Part shown: positions 1-12,600 of the stretch, piece after piece
How the letters are laid out: every line of letters begins with the position of its first letter
How positions within the stretch are numbered: position 1 is the first letter of the stretch
NCBI GenBank assembly: GCA_951406725.2
Contig: OX597814.1
Coordinates: 182,528,001-182,592,000 of the forward strand
DNA from: Octopus vulgaris
Taxonomy: Eukaryota
Length of the DNA stretch: 64,000 nt
Reading direction: 5' to 3'
The notes under the pieces: generated by a model
Database searches by the model: none
What the model was told of the DNA's origin: nothing
The model's input: the letters and a program-made list of their open reading frames with translations, nothing else
Translations under genes and position numbers: made by a program

Positions 1-1
1 A

Positions 2-568
2 GGACATCAAAATCTGACGACAGCTTTATGCATGATTACTCAAACAATACTCAGCAATATTGAGGAATGGGATGAGCATACACTTGATCGGATTTTGGTC
101 AACGGATGTAAATTACATGAAAAATGCCTGAAGAGACGCCAAGCAATAAACGATGCATATTCATTAGAAATCCGGCATTTACCAACATTTATGGTATATG
201 ATAATTCATGCACATTTCAAATTGTATATAGCAACCCAACATATGGAAATATAATGAGTGACTGTAAAGGAACTGAGAAAAGGAAGACTTTGTATAATGC
301 ATTGAGTAGTGCATTCTTTCAAAGAATTCATGGTGTGATTTTAAAACTGCAAGGTTTTGCTATGAGTATAGTTCGTCATAAAGCATCAATTTTCTATCTA
401 TTCGATAGCTTTCCAAAAGATAACATTGGCAGATTTGACCGATTTGGTACGGCCAAATTGCTTAAATTTTGTCATTTGAAAGCACTTGCGAAATACATAG
501 AGAATGAATTTTTGTGGGCACTTCCATTCACATTAGTTTCTATTCGAATGGTACGCATAAATTTATGA
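2..568 (+). CDS. 3' part of an ORF encoding a herpesvirus tegument-like deubiquitinase (Peptidase C76/VTD-like) domain, predicted catalytically dead
   Basis: Frame is open from position 2 (GHQNLTTALCM...). Motifs W...LDRIL..G..L, ..LP.., FYLFDSF.KD..G....GTAKLLKF match the family pattern Q-C...W...LD.IL..G / YLFDSH.R...G. The expected QC reads QN and DSH reads DSF. Confidence 0.6.
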   Translation, partial: GHQNLTTALCMITQTILSNIEEWDEHTLDRILVNGCKLHEKCLKRRQAINDAYSLEIRHLPTFMVYDNSCTFQIVYSNPTYGNIMSDCKGTEKRKTLYNALSSAFFQRIHGVILKLQGFAMSIVRHKASIFYLFDSFPKDNIGRFDRFGTAKLLKFCHLKALAKYIENEFLWALPFTLVSIRMVRINL

Positions 569-884
569 AATCATAACAGACGAAGTAATTCTTAAATCAT
601 AAAACAAATGACTCATGTTTGGAAGATATGCACAAATTTATGAACTCATTACAGATAAATATTTATTATTTAAGAAAAAAAAAAAACTCACCTACACACA
701 ATACCCTCACAAAAAAAAATGTACTAGTGTAATAAACATTGGAAGAAAATGTTGACATAAAAAAAAAGTGAACTATTTATTACCTTTGTTTATTTTTACA
801 TGACCCTTGTTTTTCATAACTGCACTCATCATACAAATTGAGTACTCATTTCAACTATGATCTTTCCGGTCCATAAGTGTTAAA

Positions 885-1411
885 ACTACAAAAGCCAAGT
901 ACAGAGGTTTATCTTTGGCTAGGTATTTCTCCTGCAGCTGTCTTATCAGAAATATAGCATCAGTGGTGCTTTTCCCTTGCACGAACCCAAACTGCATCTC
1001 ATCTAGACTGACTCTTTCCCTAATTAGTTGGGCTATGACCCTCTCCGTAACCTTCATTACCTGATCCAACAACTTGATACCTCTGTAATTATTTGTATCT
1101 AGAGCGTCACCTTTACCTTTGTAGTAGTTGACTATGGTGCTGCTACACTGAAGGTGGCGAGCTGGTAGAAACGTTAGCATGCCGGGCGAAATGCTTAGCG
1201 GTATTTCGTCTGTTGTTACGTTCTGAGTTCAAATTCTGCTGAGGTCGACTTTGCCTTTCATCCTTTCGGGGTCGATAAATAAAGTACCAGTTTCGCACTG
1301 GGGTTGATGTAATCGACTTAATCCCTCTGTCTGTCCTTGTTTGTCCCCTCTATGTTTAGCCCCTTGTGGGTAGTAAAGAAATATATGGTGCTGCTACACC
1401 AGTCACTGGGT
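885..1411 (-). mobile_element. RTE-clade LINE reverse transcriptase fragment interrupted by a SINE
   Basis: YKGKGDALDTNNYRGIKLL...QFGFVQGKSTTDAIFLIRQLQEKY..KDKPLYLAFV is the typical RTE RT N-terminal region. Confidence 0.85.
1149..1383 (+). mobile_element. tRNA-derived SINE with Nin/Deu-type central domain (family A), with 16-bp TSD
   Basis: Contains gaggtcgactttgcctttcatcctttcggggtcgataaa..agtaccag. TSD tatggtgctgctacac at 1133-1148 and 1384-1399. Other copies at ~4451-4652, 7091-7298, 28070-28487(-), 58196-58430 and 58982-59213(-). Confidence 0.85.
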
Positions 1412-1727
1412 TATGTCTATAACTATGTGTATCTTTCTGTCTCCTTGTCTTGACATAGTATGGTCGATGTAAATGAGTATTATTTGTCATATAAACTGTC
1501 GTTCATTTCTAGTATTCTGTGAAAATGACTGATCATGAGGAGATACTACTTTGCTTGGAAATAGGTAAGGGTCAATGACAGGAAGGGCATTCAGATATTG
1601 AAAATTTCAACAAACTGACCAACTCATGCAATGATGGAAAAGTGGATGTTAATACAACGATTACATATACATAACTACATATACACACATGCTTCCATAG
1701 TATTTCTGTCTACCAAACTTCATTCAA

Positions 1728-1929
1728 CCTTTTAGCGTTTAAACCAGCCCAAATATTCTAGCAGTTTTATATTCAAACTGGCCACTCACACCTACCCTAC
1801 AATATAATTCTAAAAAAATATACTATTACACCATCGAAATCCCCAAACTATGAGATAATGTATGATTAATTCAAAACAATGTAAATACATAAGCATTGCA
1901 TTTGGCAGAGTAATCTGAAGGCCAAAGGG
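1728..1929. mobile_element. piggyBac-like MITE
   Basis: Degenerate CCCTT.../...AAGGG termini; right end is followed by TTAA. Confidence 0.45.
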
Positions 1930-2138
1930 TTAAGACCATAGTAGAAGACTTTTACTCAAAGTACCACACAGTAAAACTGAATCAAGAACCATTTGGTTAA
2001 ACTTATATTACTGATAGACCTCTATGAAAAAAAAAAAAAGTATATCTGTATTGCATTTCTTTCATCTCTCATAATCTAGTAACTAGCATATTGCTTTATG
2101 ATTCAAGTAAACCCTAATGAAACCTATAAGTCAATATA

Positions 2139-3733
2139 CCATAAAACCCCATGTAAATTGTGCACCTGTGTAATTTACGCAGGTGATTTTCAAGATAAAA
2201 ATTGTTAAAAAAACGTTTCTACTTATGTAAAATTCATACCAAAGTTTTCAGAATTGGCGATATGGCCAGGGGAAAAAAGTTTTCAATTTTGTATTTAGCA
2301 TAATTTCACTTATGATTAGATTTTATTAAATTTTCATTAAATAAAAATAATTTCTGTTTAACAGGCATCAAATTAAAAGCTATTAAATTACAGTGTTTGT
2401 CATCGTCTGTTGGATCGTTAGCCCATACACGCAATTTTTTTCTCTCCTTGTTTCTTTTCTGTGTATCTTTCTGTCGAAGAGCGTAGGCTCGAAACGTAAA
2501 AGACTTGTTTTATTTCTATTCCTGAGCGCCATACTAATACATTGTTTGTTTATTTGTACTCCACCTGCCTTCGTCTTTTGTTTATGTTCGTAAACCTTCC
2601 CGTTCTATATAAATAAAATTGGTTTTGTGGAACTGAAACCTGTCAGTCCGTTGTTACTCGCTTGGTACACCCTCCTTCTCCACCCTTATGAGACTGATAC
2701 TGGCAGTCTGCTTTAGCCACTCGGCATACCCTCCTCTTCCCTTGACGTTAGCATTCCAATAAAAATAAGCGAAAAGTATGACGCTGATTATGTGTGTTTG
2801 CGTGCGTGTAACTGTATTTTAAGTGTGTGTATTTACACATAACTGTATGAGATCGTGTGTTTGTATGTGTACATAACTCTATGAGACCGTGTGTTTGTGT
2901 GTCTCCACATAACCAGAAATAACCAAAGTATTATTTTACAAATTGTGAGCATGTATATATGATATAACGAAGAAAATTGTTGTATACAGTGCTCAGGTAT
3001 ACTACAACTAAAAAAAAATTTTTTTAAAGCCATCAGATGTACTGTTGGCAGATTTCAGAAAGCATGGAAGTTTTGAAGGATGGAGTGTCTCAACAGTGAA
3101 CAACTGATGTGGGTAGTTTATTCCATGCTTCTGCAATCCTGAGCATGAAAAAAATATTTCCAAAAGTTATGGGTGTTGTGTTGTTTTTTGATTTTATAAG
3201 CATGTCTGTGAGTGTTTGTCATATGGAATTCAAAAAGGTGCCCAAGGTTGTTGTTGGAAAGATAGTGGATAATCTTGTTTATAATAAACTTTATTTTACA
3301 TTTCTTGCCCACAAGAAATTATGTTTTTAGCATACTGTTGTATGTCTTCTCAAACCACAATCACAGGAAAAGTTGTTGAAAAGAATTATCAATGAAAACA
3401 AAGTTGATAAATATGCACAGATGTTGCAAATTAAGTTTAATTACCAATAAACATCAGCTTGGATGACACTTTACTCAACCGAGTAAAGTGTGTAAAATAT
3501 GGCCCAGACCATGATTACCAGCATCATAAATAAATGTCAACTTCATTATATTTAAGCCCATTAAATGAGTCAACTTGCAGTACAAATATTTACGTTTTGT
3601 ATGTCTTTTTTCAAAAAAAAAAAAAAAGAAATTCTAAAAACAATCCACTTATGTAATTTATGTATCTACTAAAGTTTTTTTTAATTTTAATTTTACGAAA
3701 AAAAAAGTGCATAAATTACATGGGTTTTTACAG
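2139..3733. mobile_element. Non-autonomous Tc1/pogo-like DNA transposon with nested insertions
   Basis: Imperfect ~27-bp TIRs (ccataaaaccccatgtaaattgtgcac / gtgcataaattacatgggtttttacag) flanked by TA. Contains a hammerhead-like repeat (~2390-2610) and a CR1 3' end (~2970-3270). Confidence 0.6.
2466..2503 (+). ncRNA. Minimal hammerhead-ribozyme-like motif (variant core) in a probable Penelope-like pLTR repeat
   Basis: tcttt-CTGTCGA-A-GAGC(GTAG)GCTC-GAAA-CG-TA-aaaga. Stem I is tcttt/aaaga, stem II is GAGC/GCTC, and stem III is a palindromic ACGT. Confidence 0.5.
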
Positions 3734-4654
3734 TAAACGATTTGTTATCTTAACAGCTGCAGAAATTCATAGTCCTTATTCTTTCAGGGGCTAACTACTA
3801 TATTCTTATTGTTTTTCATTGTTGTTGTTGTTATTGCTATTATTTTATTTTTATTTCTCTTTTTCCTTTGTTACTTTTGTCTTTTTTCTCCTTTATCTCT
3901 TATTCTTCTTAACATCAGGACCATTTTGACTCTTGATAATGTAATTCTTATGTACAGTATAATTAAGTAACTATGGTTTATATATATATATACACTTGTG
4001 TATATATATATATATGCATAACGTGTGACCCTACCAAATTAATACCACGTTGAGCACTTCAAGTTAGCTGGTAGCTTTCCTCAAAAGATAATTTCATCTA
4101 CTTGGATATATGTGCTTGTTTTTCAGTACATTAGACCATTCTGGGCAGTTTTATATCCAACCCTGAGTGATGATGTCCTTATACTATGATCTACAGAAGG
4201 TGTCTATCATTGATACAGTTTGTTACAAAGCATTTTGTAGCAGACTTGCAAGGAGCTAAGATTGTATATATTTCCTTTATATTTCTTTCACTGTACAAAC
4301 ATTTGATGATTAAGCAAGAGTGGCTGTGTGGTAAGTAGCTTGCTTAACAACCACATGGTTCTGGGTTCAGTCCCACTGTGTGGCACCTTGGGCAAGTGTC
4401 TTCTACTAAAGCCTTGGGCCAACCAAAGCCTTGCAAGTGGATTTGATAGACAGAAACGTTAGCATGCCAGGCGAAATGCTTATCGGTATTTCGTCTGCCA
4501 TTATGTTCTAAGTTCAAATTCTGCCGAGGTCGACTTGGCCTTTCCTCCTTTCAGGGTCGATAAAGTACCAGTTACGCACTGGGGTTGATGTAATTGACTT
4601 AATCCCTTTGTCTGTCCCTTCTATGTTTAGCCCCTTGTGGGCAATAAAGAAAAG

Positions 4655-5147
4655 GGGCCAAATCAGGAGAATAGGGTGAGTGATCAACTAGTTCAAATCC
4701 ATAGCCATTGAAATCAATGACTTGTGTGCTGGAGCAGTGTCTTGATGAAACAAGACCCATTTCTTCAGTTTCCTGGGTATTTGATCTTGATAGTCTTTTA
4801 TAACTGCTTCAGCAGGTTGGTATAGTAAGCTCCAGTGATGGTATGGCCCTTCTGAAGATAGTCAATAATCTCAATGCTTTTTGCATCCCAAAAAAACTGA
4901 GACCATCACCTTCCCAGCAGATGAAAAAACATTGGCCTTCTTTCAGGCAGGTGAAGAGGGGTATTTCTACTGCATGGATTCTCTTTGTCTCTGGCTTAGG
5001 AAATGTCCAAGAAAACCAGCTGGATCCACTTCAAACAATGTCAGATTTTCCTTCTTATGAAGAGTTGAAATTAATGTATGCAAGTTTTTACAGCTCTAGC
5101 ATCACTCCTTCATAGTCAGTCAATGAACTTTTCAGCCTACCCTTGTA
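4655..5147 (-). mobile_element. Decayed mariner transposon remnant
   Basis: Minus strand carries a YSPDL-like motif near 4660-4680 and a mariner-type end (tacaagggtaggctgaaaagttc) near 5125-5147. Confidence 0.55.
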
Positions 5148-5224
5148 TGTCCACTTACAAATATATCTTACCTCAAGAGATAATTGTGTAGGTATTTTAT
5201 GTATATTTGAGTATTTGTCGATCG

Positions 5225-5580
5225 AAATTGATCAACATCAATGGAAATTGTAGCTGTGATACCAGTGCCGGTGGCACGTAAAAGAACCATCCGAACGTGG
5301 CCGTTGCCAGCGCTGCCCCAAGTGGCCTCCGTGCCGGTGGCATGTAAAAAGCACCATCCGATCGTGGCCGTTTGCCAGCCTCGTCTGGCACCTGTGCAGG
5401 TGGCACGTAAAAAGCACCCACTACACTCACGGAGTGGTTGGCGTTAGGAAGGGCATCCAGCTGTAGAAACATTGCCAGATCAGACTGGGCCTAGCGCAGC
5501 CTTCTGGCTTCCCAGACTCCAGTTGAACCGTCCAACCCATGCTAGCATGGAAAACGGACGTTAAACGATGATGATGATGT
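5225..5580 (+). mobile_element. SINE-like element with (GAT)n tail (family C)
   Basis: ggagtggttggcgttaggaagggcatccagctgtagaaac...ccaacccatgctagcatggaaa.cggacgttaaacgatgatgat. More than 15 copies in the window, e.g. 10645-10940, 16880-17300(-), 27400-27763(-), 36130-36437, 54331-54890(-), 57445-57880(-), 58900-59625. Confidence 0.85.
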
Positions 5581-6560
5581 ATGTGTAGGTGAGTGTATGT
5601 GTTTGGGTATATGTATGGTTGTAGGAATGTAATCCTATTAAAGAAAAACACTGAACGAATTTATTTTACATTTCACTAACTTTCTGTTTGTTTACTTGGT
5701 TGGATGATTTAAAGGAGATTAAGTGCAAAACTATTTTTATAATAGATAAAATTTTAAATTTGTAATTTAATAAGGAATAAAGAAGCCTTCTTTTTATATT
5801 AAACCTTTTAGTGTATGTACACTTGTAAACTATTAGCATAAATATTTAAATTAAAATTTTTCACTAGAACAAAGTAAGTTATCAGATTAAAAATTTCTTT
5901 TAACTGGTGTTGAGACTAGACAAATATATTACAATATTTATTCACAGATCAGAGTAAGGTCCTTTTTATAAGAAACTTAACTGTCAGAAACTGCCTTGAA
6001 GTTGACAGCTACAGTTTGTTTTTCTCTCAAGCTGTACTCTATCAGCTTTTGTCTTCCTGGACTCACCCACAAAGCAGCAGAGCAGTGCAGATTGGTTAGT
6101 CCCACCATATCTAAGGAGCCATGCCTATTCCTTTCTCAAACAGATGCTCTGATAAAAAAAACAAAAACAAAGTCCATCACTCCTGATATGAATTTACAAT
6201 GTGCTCATTCGCCAGTTCAATATTTCTATGTCCCTGCACACTATTTCTTGATAGTTGCTGATTCTATGCTGGATCATCAATTCTTCTAACAGATTTTGTT
6301 TTTGTCAAGCTTGTCATCAAGTTAGTTTGGGGCAGCTTCATTGCTGACAACCTGACCATGCAACAGGTCATAATGGATTATACATTATCAGTAGCACTCA
6401 AAACACACAGATTATATACACACAAACACAAACACTATATTATATACACATACACATTTTATACATATAAATACACACATTTTGGTGCAAATTTTCCCAA
6501 ACTATTATTATTTGGTTTTACAGCATTATGAATTTTATTACAAAATGTTTCAGAATTTCA

Positions 6561-6629
6561 TCAAATGGAAGTTGGAATCATGCTTAAGTTGATCAAATGG
6601 CGCATAGTCGGACGACCATGAGGGCAATT
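6561..6629 (-). CDS. PMS2: PMS2 coding exon 21 (terminal)
   Basis: [22 protein letters not shown]; ttttcag acceptor. Confidence 0.93.
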   Translation of the reverse strand, partial: NCPHGRPTMRHLINLSMIPTSI

Positions 6630-9600
6630 CTGAAAATATATAATATAATAATCAGAATATATAAGTAATGAATATTAGTGAAAAAAAATTAAATACAAAC
6701 ATCATTTTTAATTAGTGAGGTTGGTAGTGTTGATTATGATGACCATGTCCTAAGAGTTCATTTGCTCTATCTCCAAAGACAGAGGTGCAACATTTTTCCG
6801 GATCAACTTTTGACTCCTCCAACTAGGGAAAAAATGGGTATTCATTCTGTTAACTTTCTCAGTAGGTTAAGACTGAATTTGAATTTAAGGTTTTAAGATA
6901 TTGAAATTAGTGCCACCATTAGAATTATTAAAATTAGGAAACAAATTGGTTCTCTGAGAGTGTGACACTACTCTATGACACTTGAACTGCTTCACAAATG
7001 AATATTTTTGCTCAGGTTACACAGTTTTTTTATGTAAGAGGAAGTTGCCTTGTCAAACCAACTCCATTATATTAATGGTACTACAAACTGTGAAGGCGGC
7101 GAGCTGGCAGAAATGTTAGCACGCTGGGCGAAATACTTTAGCGGTATTTCATCCGCCATTACGTTGTGAGTTCAAATTCCGCCGAGGTCGACTTTACCTT
7201 TCATCCTTTCGGGGTCGATAAATTAAGTACCAGTCATGCACTTAATCCCTTTGTCTGTCCACCCTATGTTTAAGCCCCTTGTGGGTAGTAAAGAAACAGG
7301 TACTACAAACTGTGGAATGATGATAGGTTAAATTGTGGGTAAGTGACATTTGAAACAAACCAGATACAATACTAAACTAAGTACCAAAATATATCTAGTC
7401 TTGCATGCTACCAAATATTCCAACCCTGTATAAGATACAAATTTAAGTTAAATTATACAACAATTTAAAATTAGACAATGCTTAAACTTACCCATGGTTG
7501 GTCAAGTTCTGACATGTGACAGATGAGCTGTGAATTTGAGAAAGGAAAGTGGGGTTAACAAAAACTGAATTCAATTGCATATAAAAAAAAACAAACAAAA
7601 ATATGTGAGAGAAAAAAAGGGCTTATTTCAATTGCTATTTCTTTTAATGTTGTAACAACGGATATTCTGTAATTGTCTTACAATGCTATGCTTATTTACT
7701 AACAGGAGAATTATATGAGGTCACAAATATTTTGTGCACAAATGTGCTTATCATTCATAAAGGGAGGATGAACTGACATTGTCAGTCAACAACTTCTATG
7801 TTTGGACAGTAACTCCTTGAAATTAGAGATTACAATGAATATCCTGTTGTCTATGTTTAATGCCTATAGATTATGGTTTTACATGTAACTGTACTACTTT
7901 AACATCCATTTATCCACATTTTAGACTATTCATCAAATTTATATTTTCAATAGCTGTTGGATGGGATAATTTTTAGAGTTAGAGGTTTCCTAGCGCTTAT
8001 AGTTGTTTAACCATTTCGTTACCAACCCGGCTGAAACCGGCTCTGGCTCTAAGTACAAATATCTTGTTTTCATAAGTTTTGAATTAAAATCTTCCACCAA
8101 ACCTTAATCACAATTTATGTTCCTAACACTAGCTTAATGATAACTAAGTTATTTTACTAAATTCTTTGTTATATTTAAAGTAATTGAAAGAAACACAGAG
8201 CATCTCAAAATAAATACAATAATGAAAGGGTTAAATCACTAGGTTGATAAATTATTGAACTGTGACTTCAGGTGTCATCATTGCACTTAATTTAATATGC
8301 CTCCATTCATTTAGTTGTTAGGAATAGGTAATAGATTTTCTGAGAATATTCCTACAAACCTAGAGAAGTGTTGGATGTAATCAGCCTCAGAAAATTATGT
8401 AGGAATTTTTTTAATACAAAGCCTTAGGAAAATCTCAACTGTTGATAACAGAACAGAATAGGAACAATATTGTATACCGTTTTCATTTCTCTTTTTTTGA
8501 GAGCAGTTCCAATCATTATTGATTTGCGACAAGCACGAGAAGCAAACATCTGACATATACGGGATGGACGGCACATGACACCCTAACAAAATAAACAAGA
8601 TACATGCCAAAGATTTTTCAAAATTAAATTTCAATCAGTTTCATTTTTTTATTTATTGTTTTTTTTTCATTCTTAAGAAAATACATTTAATCAAAAAGAT
8701 TAAAATAGCACACACATACACACCACAATCTCAAATTGTTATTTCTCTCCATCTATTTTACAAATCCTCCTCCTCCTCATTGAAATGTGATGATATAATT
8801 ACTTATATAATTTACTGACAGGAACCATTTACCTACATAATCCTAAAGAAAACACTGTCTTAAGAATTCTTGCAGTTTGAGTTGTCAACTGTCAACCAAT
8901 TGCCATCCCATCCGACATAGATGAACAACCACCTCCATTATCATTGTCAACCTCTTTCCACTTTCATTGACCACCAATATGGTTTCTGTAGAGTGAGATC
9001 TACCAAAGTTTTGCTTTTCAACGACCTGCACCAGTGGTCATTGTTCCTTGAAGGAAAGCAATGCTGCTGCTCTTCGGTAAAGTCTTTGGCCATACCTGAC
9101 AGCAGAACTTTCAAGTGAAGATAGCCTTAAGCCATTTCCTAGATTAGAAGTTTCCTATCAGATAACCCGATTGCAATATTCATCAACAGAACTCTTTCTA
9201 TCACACATTCTATTGACTTTGATGCGTCCCAGGGTTCAAATACACCTCCCACACTCTTCCTTTTATCCTTTTATCTTTTACTTGTTTCAGTCTTTGGACT
9301 GCAGCCATGCTGGCGCACCACCTGAAGGGTTTTAGTCAAACAAATTGAATCCAGTATTTAATTTTTAATGTCTGGTAATTCTATTGGTCTCTTCTGATGA
9401 ACAGCTAAGTTACAAGGATGTAAATAAACCAATACTGGTTGTCAACCATTATCATTATTATTATTTAGTTTATTGGATAAACAGAAATGTTAGAGTGCTA
9501 TTTTAATGCCTTGTGATCATCATCATCATCATCGTCGTTTACGTTTTCCTGCACCAGTGGTCATTGTTCCTTGAAGCCAGAAGGAAAGCAATGCTGCTGC

Positions 9601-12600
9601 TCTAACGCCAACCACTCCGTGAGTGTAAAGTCTTTGACCATGCCTGCACGAGGGCCAGCGAGGCTTTCAAGTGAAGATGGCCTTAATCTGCATTTCCTAG
9701 ATTAGATGTTTCCTATCAGATAACCCGATTGCAATATTCATCAACAGAACTCTTTTCCTCACACATTCTATTGCCTTTGATGTATCTCAGGGTTCAAATA
9801 CACCTCCCACACTCTTCCTTTTATCCTTTTATCTTTTACTTGTTTCAGTCTTTGGACTGCAGCCATGCTGGAACACCACCTGAAGGTTTTTAGTCAAACA
9901 AATTGAATCCAGTATTTAATTTTTAATGTCTGGTAATTCTATTGGTCTCTTCTGATGAACTGCTAAATTACAAGGATGTAAACAAACCAATACTGGTTGT
10001 CAACCATTATCATTATTATAGTTTATTGGATAAACAAAAATGTTAGAGTGCTATTGTAATGCCTTGTGATATTTAATTATATTCCTTAATACTCTGAGTT
10101 CAAATCCTGAGAGGGTCAAACTTAATTTTTGTCATTCTGAGATCAATAAAATAAAGTACCAATCAAATACTGGGATCAATTTAATCAACAAACCCTCATC
10201 CACCAAAGCCATGATCCTGTGCCTGTTAAAAGTAATTATTATTATTAGTAGTAGTATATAAAAGCAGATGTGACTGTGTGGTAAGAGCTATGTTTCTTAA
10301 CCACATGGTTTCAGGTTCAGTCCACTGTATGGCACTTTGTGCAAGAGTCTTCTATGGTCTCAAGCTGACCTAAGCCTTGTGAGAAGATTTGGTAGAAGGA
10401 AACTGAAGGAAACCCATCATCTAGATGAGTGCATGAGTGTTTGTCTTGACATCACATGATTGTTGTAAATGAATGCCAATCATTTCCAATATTCTGCAAA
10501 ATTACATCTGGCCATGGTGAAATATTACCTTGCTTAGAAACAGGTAAAGGTTAACAACAGGAAGACCATCTGACGAGAGAAAATCTGCTTCAATAAAATC
10601 TGTCTGACCCATGCAGGCATGGCAAAGTGGACATTAAAATGATGAAGTACATCAACATCAAAAAATCAAATGGAAATTGTAGTTGTGATAGCTGTGCCGG
10701 TGGCACGTAAAAAGCACCATCCGTACGTGGCCGATGCCAGCGCCGCCTTGACAGGCTTCCGTGCCGGTAGCATATAAAAAGCATCCACTACACTCACGGA
10801 GTGGTTGGCATTAGGAAGGGCATCCAGCTGTAGAAACACTGCCAGACTGGAGCCTGGTGCAGCCTCCTGGCTTCCCAGACCCCGGTCGAACTGTCCAACC
10901 CATGCTAGCATGGAAAACAGATGTTAAACGATGATGAGGAGGAGGAGGAATAGTAATGTTACTGCCAGGGCAGTGGATTGGCAGATTTGGTAATGTCAAA
11001 GAAAATGGCTTGAGTATATAGTTATGACCCTTTATGTTCTATGTTCAAATCCAGCCAAAGTTGACTTTACCCTACGCCCTTTCAAAGTTAATAAGATAAA
11101 TACCAGTCTATGTAAGGAACCATTATTAATGTCATTGCGATTTACAAACTTGTAAAAAATTTTATTCTGCCATAATACTGACTTTTGATATAGGTACAAA
11201 TCTCAAGTCTTTGTAAGAAGAGTACAATGATATATTGGAGACATCTCTAATTCATCATCATCATCATCATTTAACATCCGCTTTCCATGCTAGCATGGGT
11301 TGGACGATTTGACTGAGGTCTGATGAAACAGATGGCTGCACCAGGCTCCATTCTGCCATCTGGTTCGTCAGACCTCAGTCAAATCGTCCAACCCATGCTA
11401 GCATGGAAAGTGGCGATGATGCTGGTGGTGGAGAAGAAGAAGAAGGTGGTGGTGGTGGTGATGATGGTAATGATGGTGATGATGATGGTGATGATGATGA
11501 TGACGATGTCTGCAATATATTATGATCAAGATATAAGGAAATAGAGTTCTGACAGCAGAATGAAACAAAAATGCTTGAAAATATGAAAATTAATTAAAGT
11601 CGCACGAAGCAGCATTATTTAAAATACATTCATGTAAAGTTGTATTTGAGAGAGTCAAGTACATTCAGACATGAGAAGACCATCATCATGATGTTAATGT
11701 CCACTTTTTTATGCCTGCATGGGTCAAACGAAAATCGTTGAAGCAGATTTTCTATGGCTTGATTCCCATCTTGTCACCTTCCCTCTCCTATTTCTAAATA
11801 AAGTAATATTTCTTCATGACTAGACAAGTTTCCATGGAAGATTGGAAATCAAGGACAATGTTTGTATGGCAGTGACACTTGCTTCCAACTATCATGTGAT
11901 GTCAAGGCAAGATGACAATAACACATACACACACACAGGCATGCACGCTTCTTTCAGTTTTCATCTATCAGATCCACTCGCAAAGCTTAGGCTGAGTGAT
12001 AATAGAAGACACTTGCCTAAGGTGCCATGCAGTGGGACAGCACTCAGAACCTTGTAGTTAGGAAACAAACTTCTTACCACAGAGCTACTTCTGCTGTAGA
12101 AATAATCCTGGAAGAAAACACACCTGCTAGACATATAAAAGCACATAATGAAATGAATAATGTTATTGGTTCATAGGACACATGCATCTCTGCACTCTTT
12201 CATGTTGGCAACCATGAACACCAAATCAGTCAAATACAGCCAGATAAGAAAGAATTCATTCTTACAGTAGGATAGCATATGGTATATGATTGTGGGCCAT
12301 CTAGGAAGAGGATTTTCTCCCAGGGCTATTTCCACAGCGAATGTACTCAACTGTGTTAAATATAGCTTTACATGAAAACTAAATTGATAACAAAGAGATT
12401 CATAAAATTTCTCACCGGAGAATCTGTCAGCATGAAAATAAGTTCTTCAATATCTAAAATAGACATAAGAGAAAACATACAGAATTGTTGCTATTCTTGT
12501 CGTCATGTTTAATGTAAGGTGTGTGCTGTACTTAACCACTTTACATCCATTTTCTTAATGTGTGCATGCGTGTGTGTGTATCTGTGTGTGTGTGAGTGTC

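Noticed and set aside
5197-5651. Many 60-140 aa ORFs with recurring peptides ([37 protein letters not shown])
   Set aside because: They are translations of high-copy SINEs and microsatellites that recur across the window, not genes.
9394-9410. CTGATGA matches at 9394, 9952, 11320, 14400(-) and 31398(-)
   Set aside because: No stem II plus GAAA follows; chance matches or mutated SINE sequence.
11411-11510. Met/Val-rich ORF 11323-11544
   Set aside because: Arises from a (GAT/GGT)n microsatellite tail.
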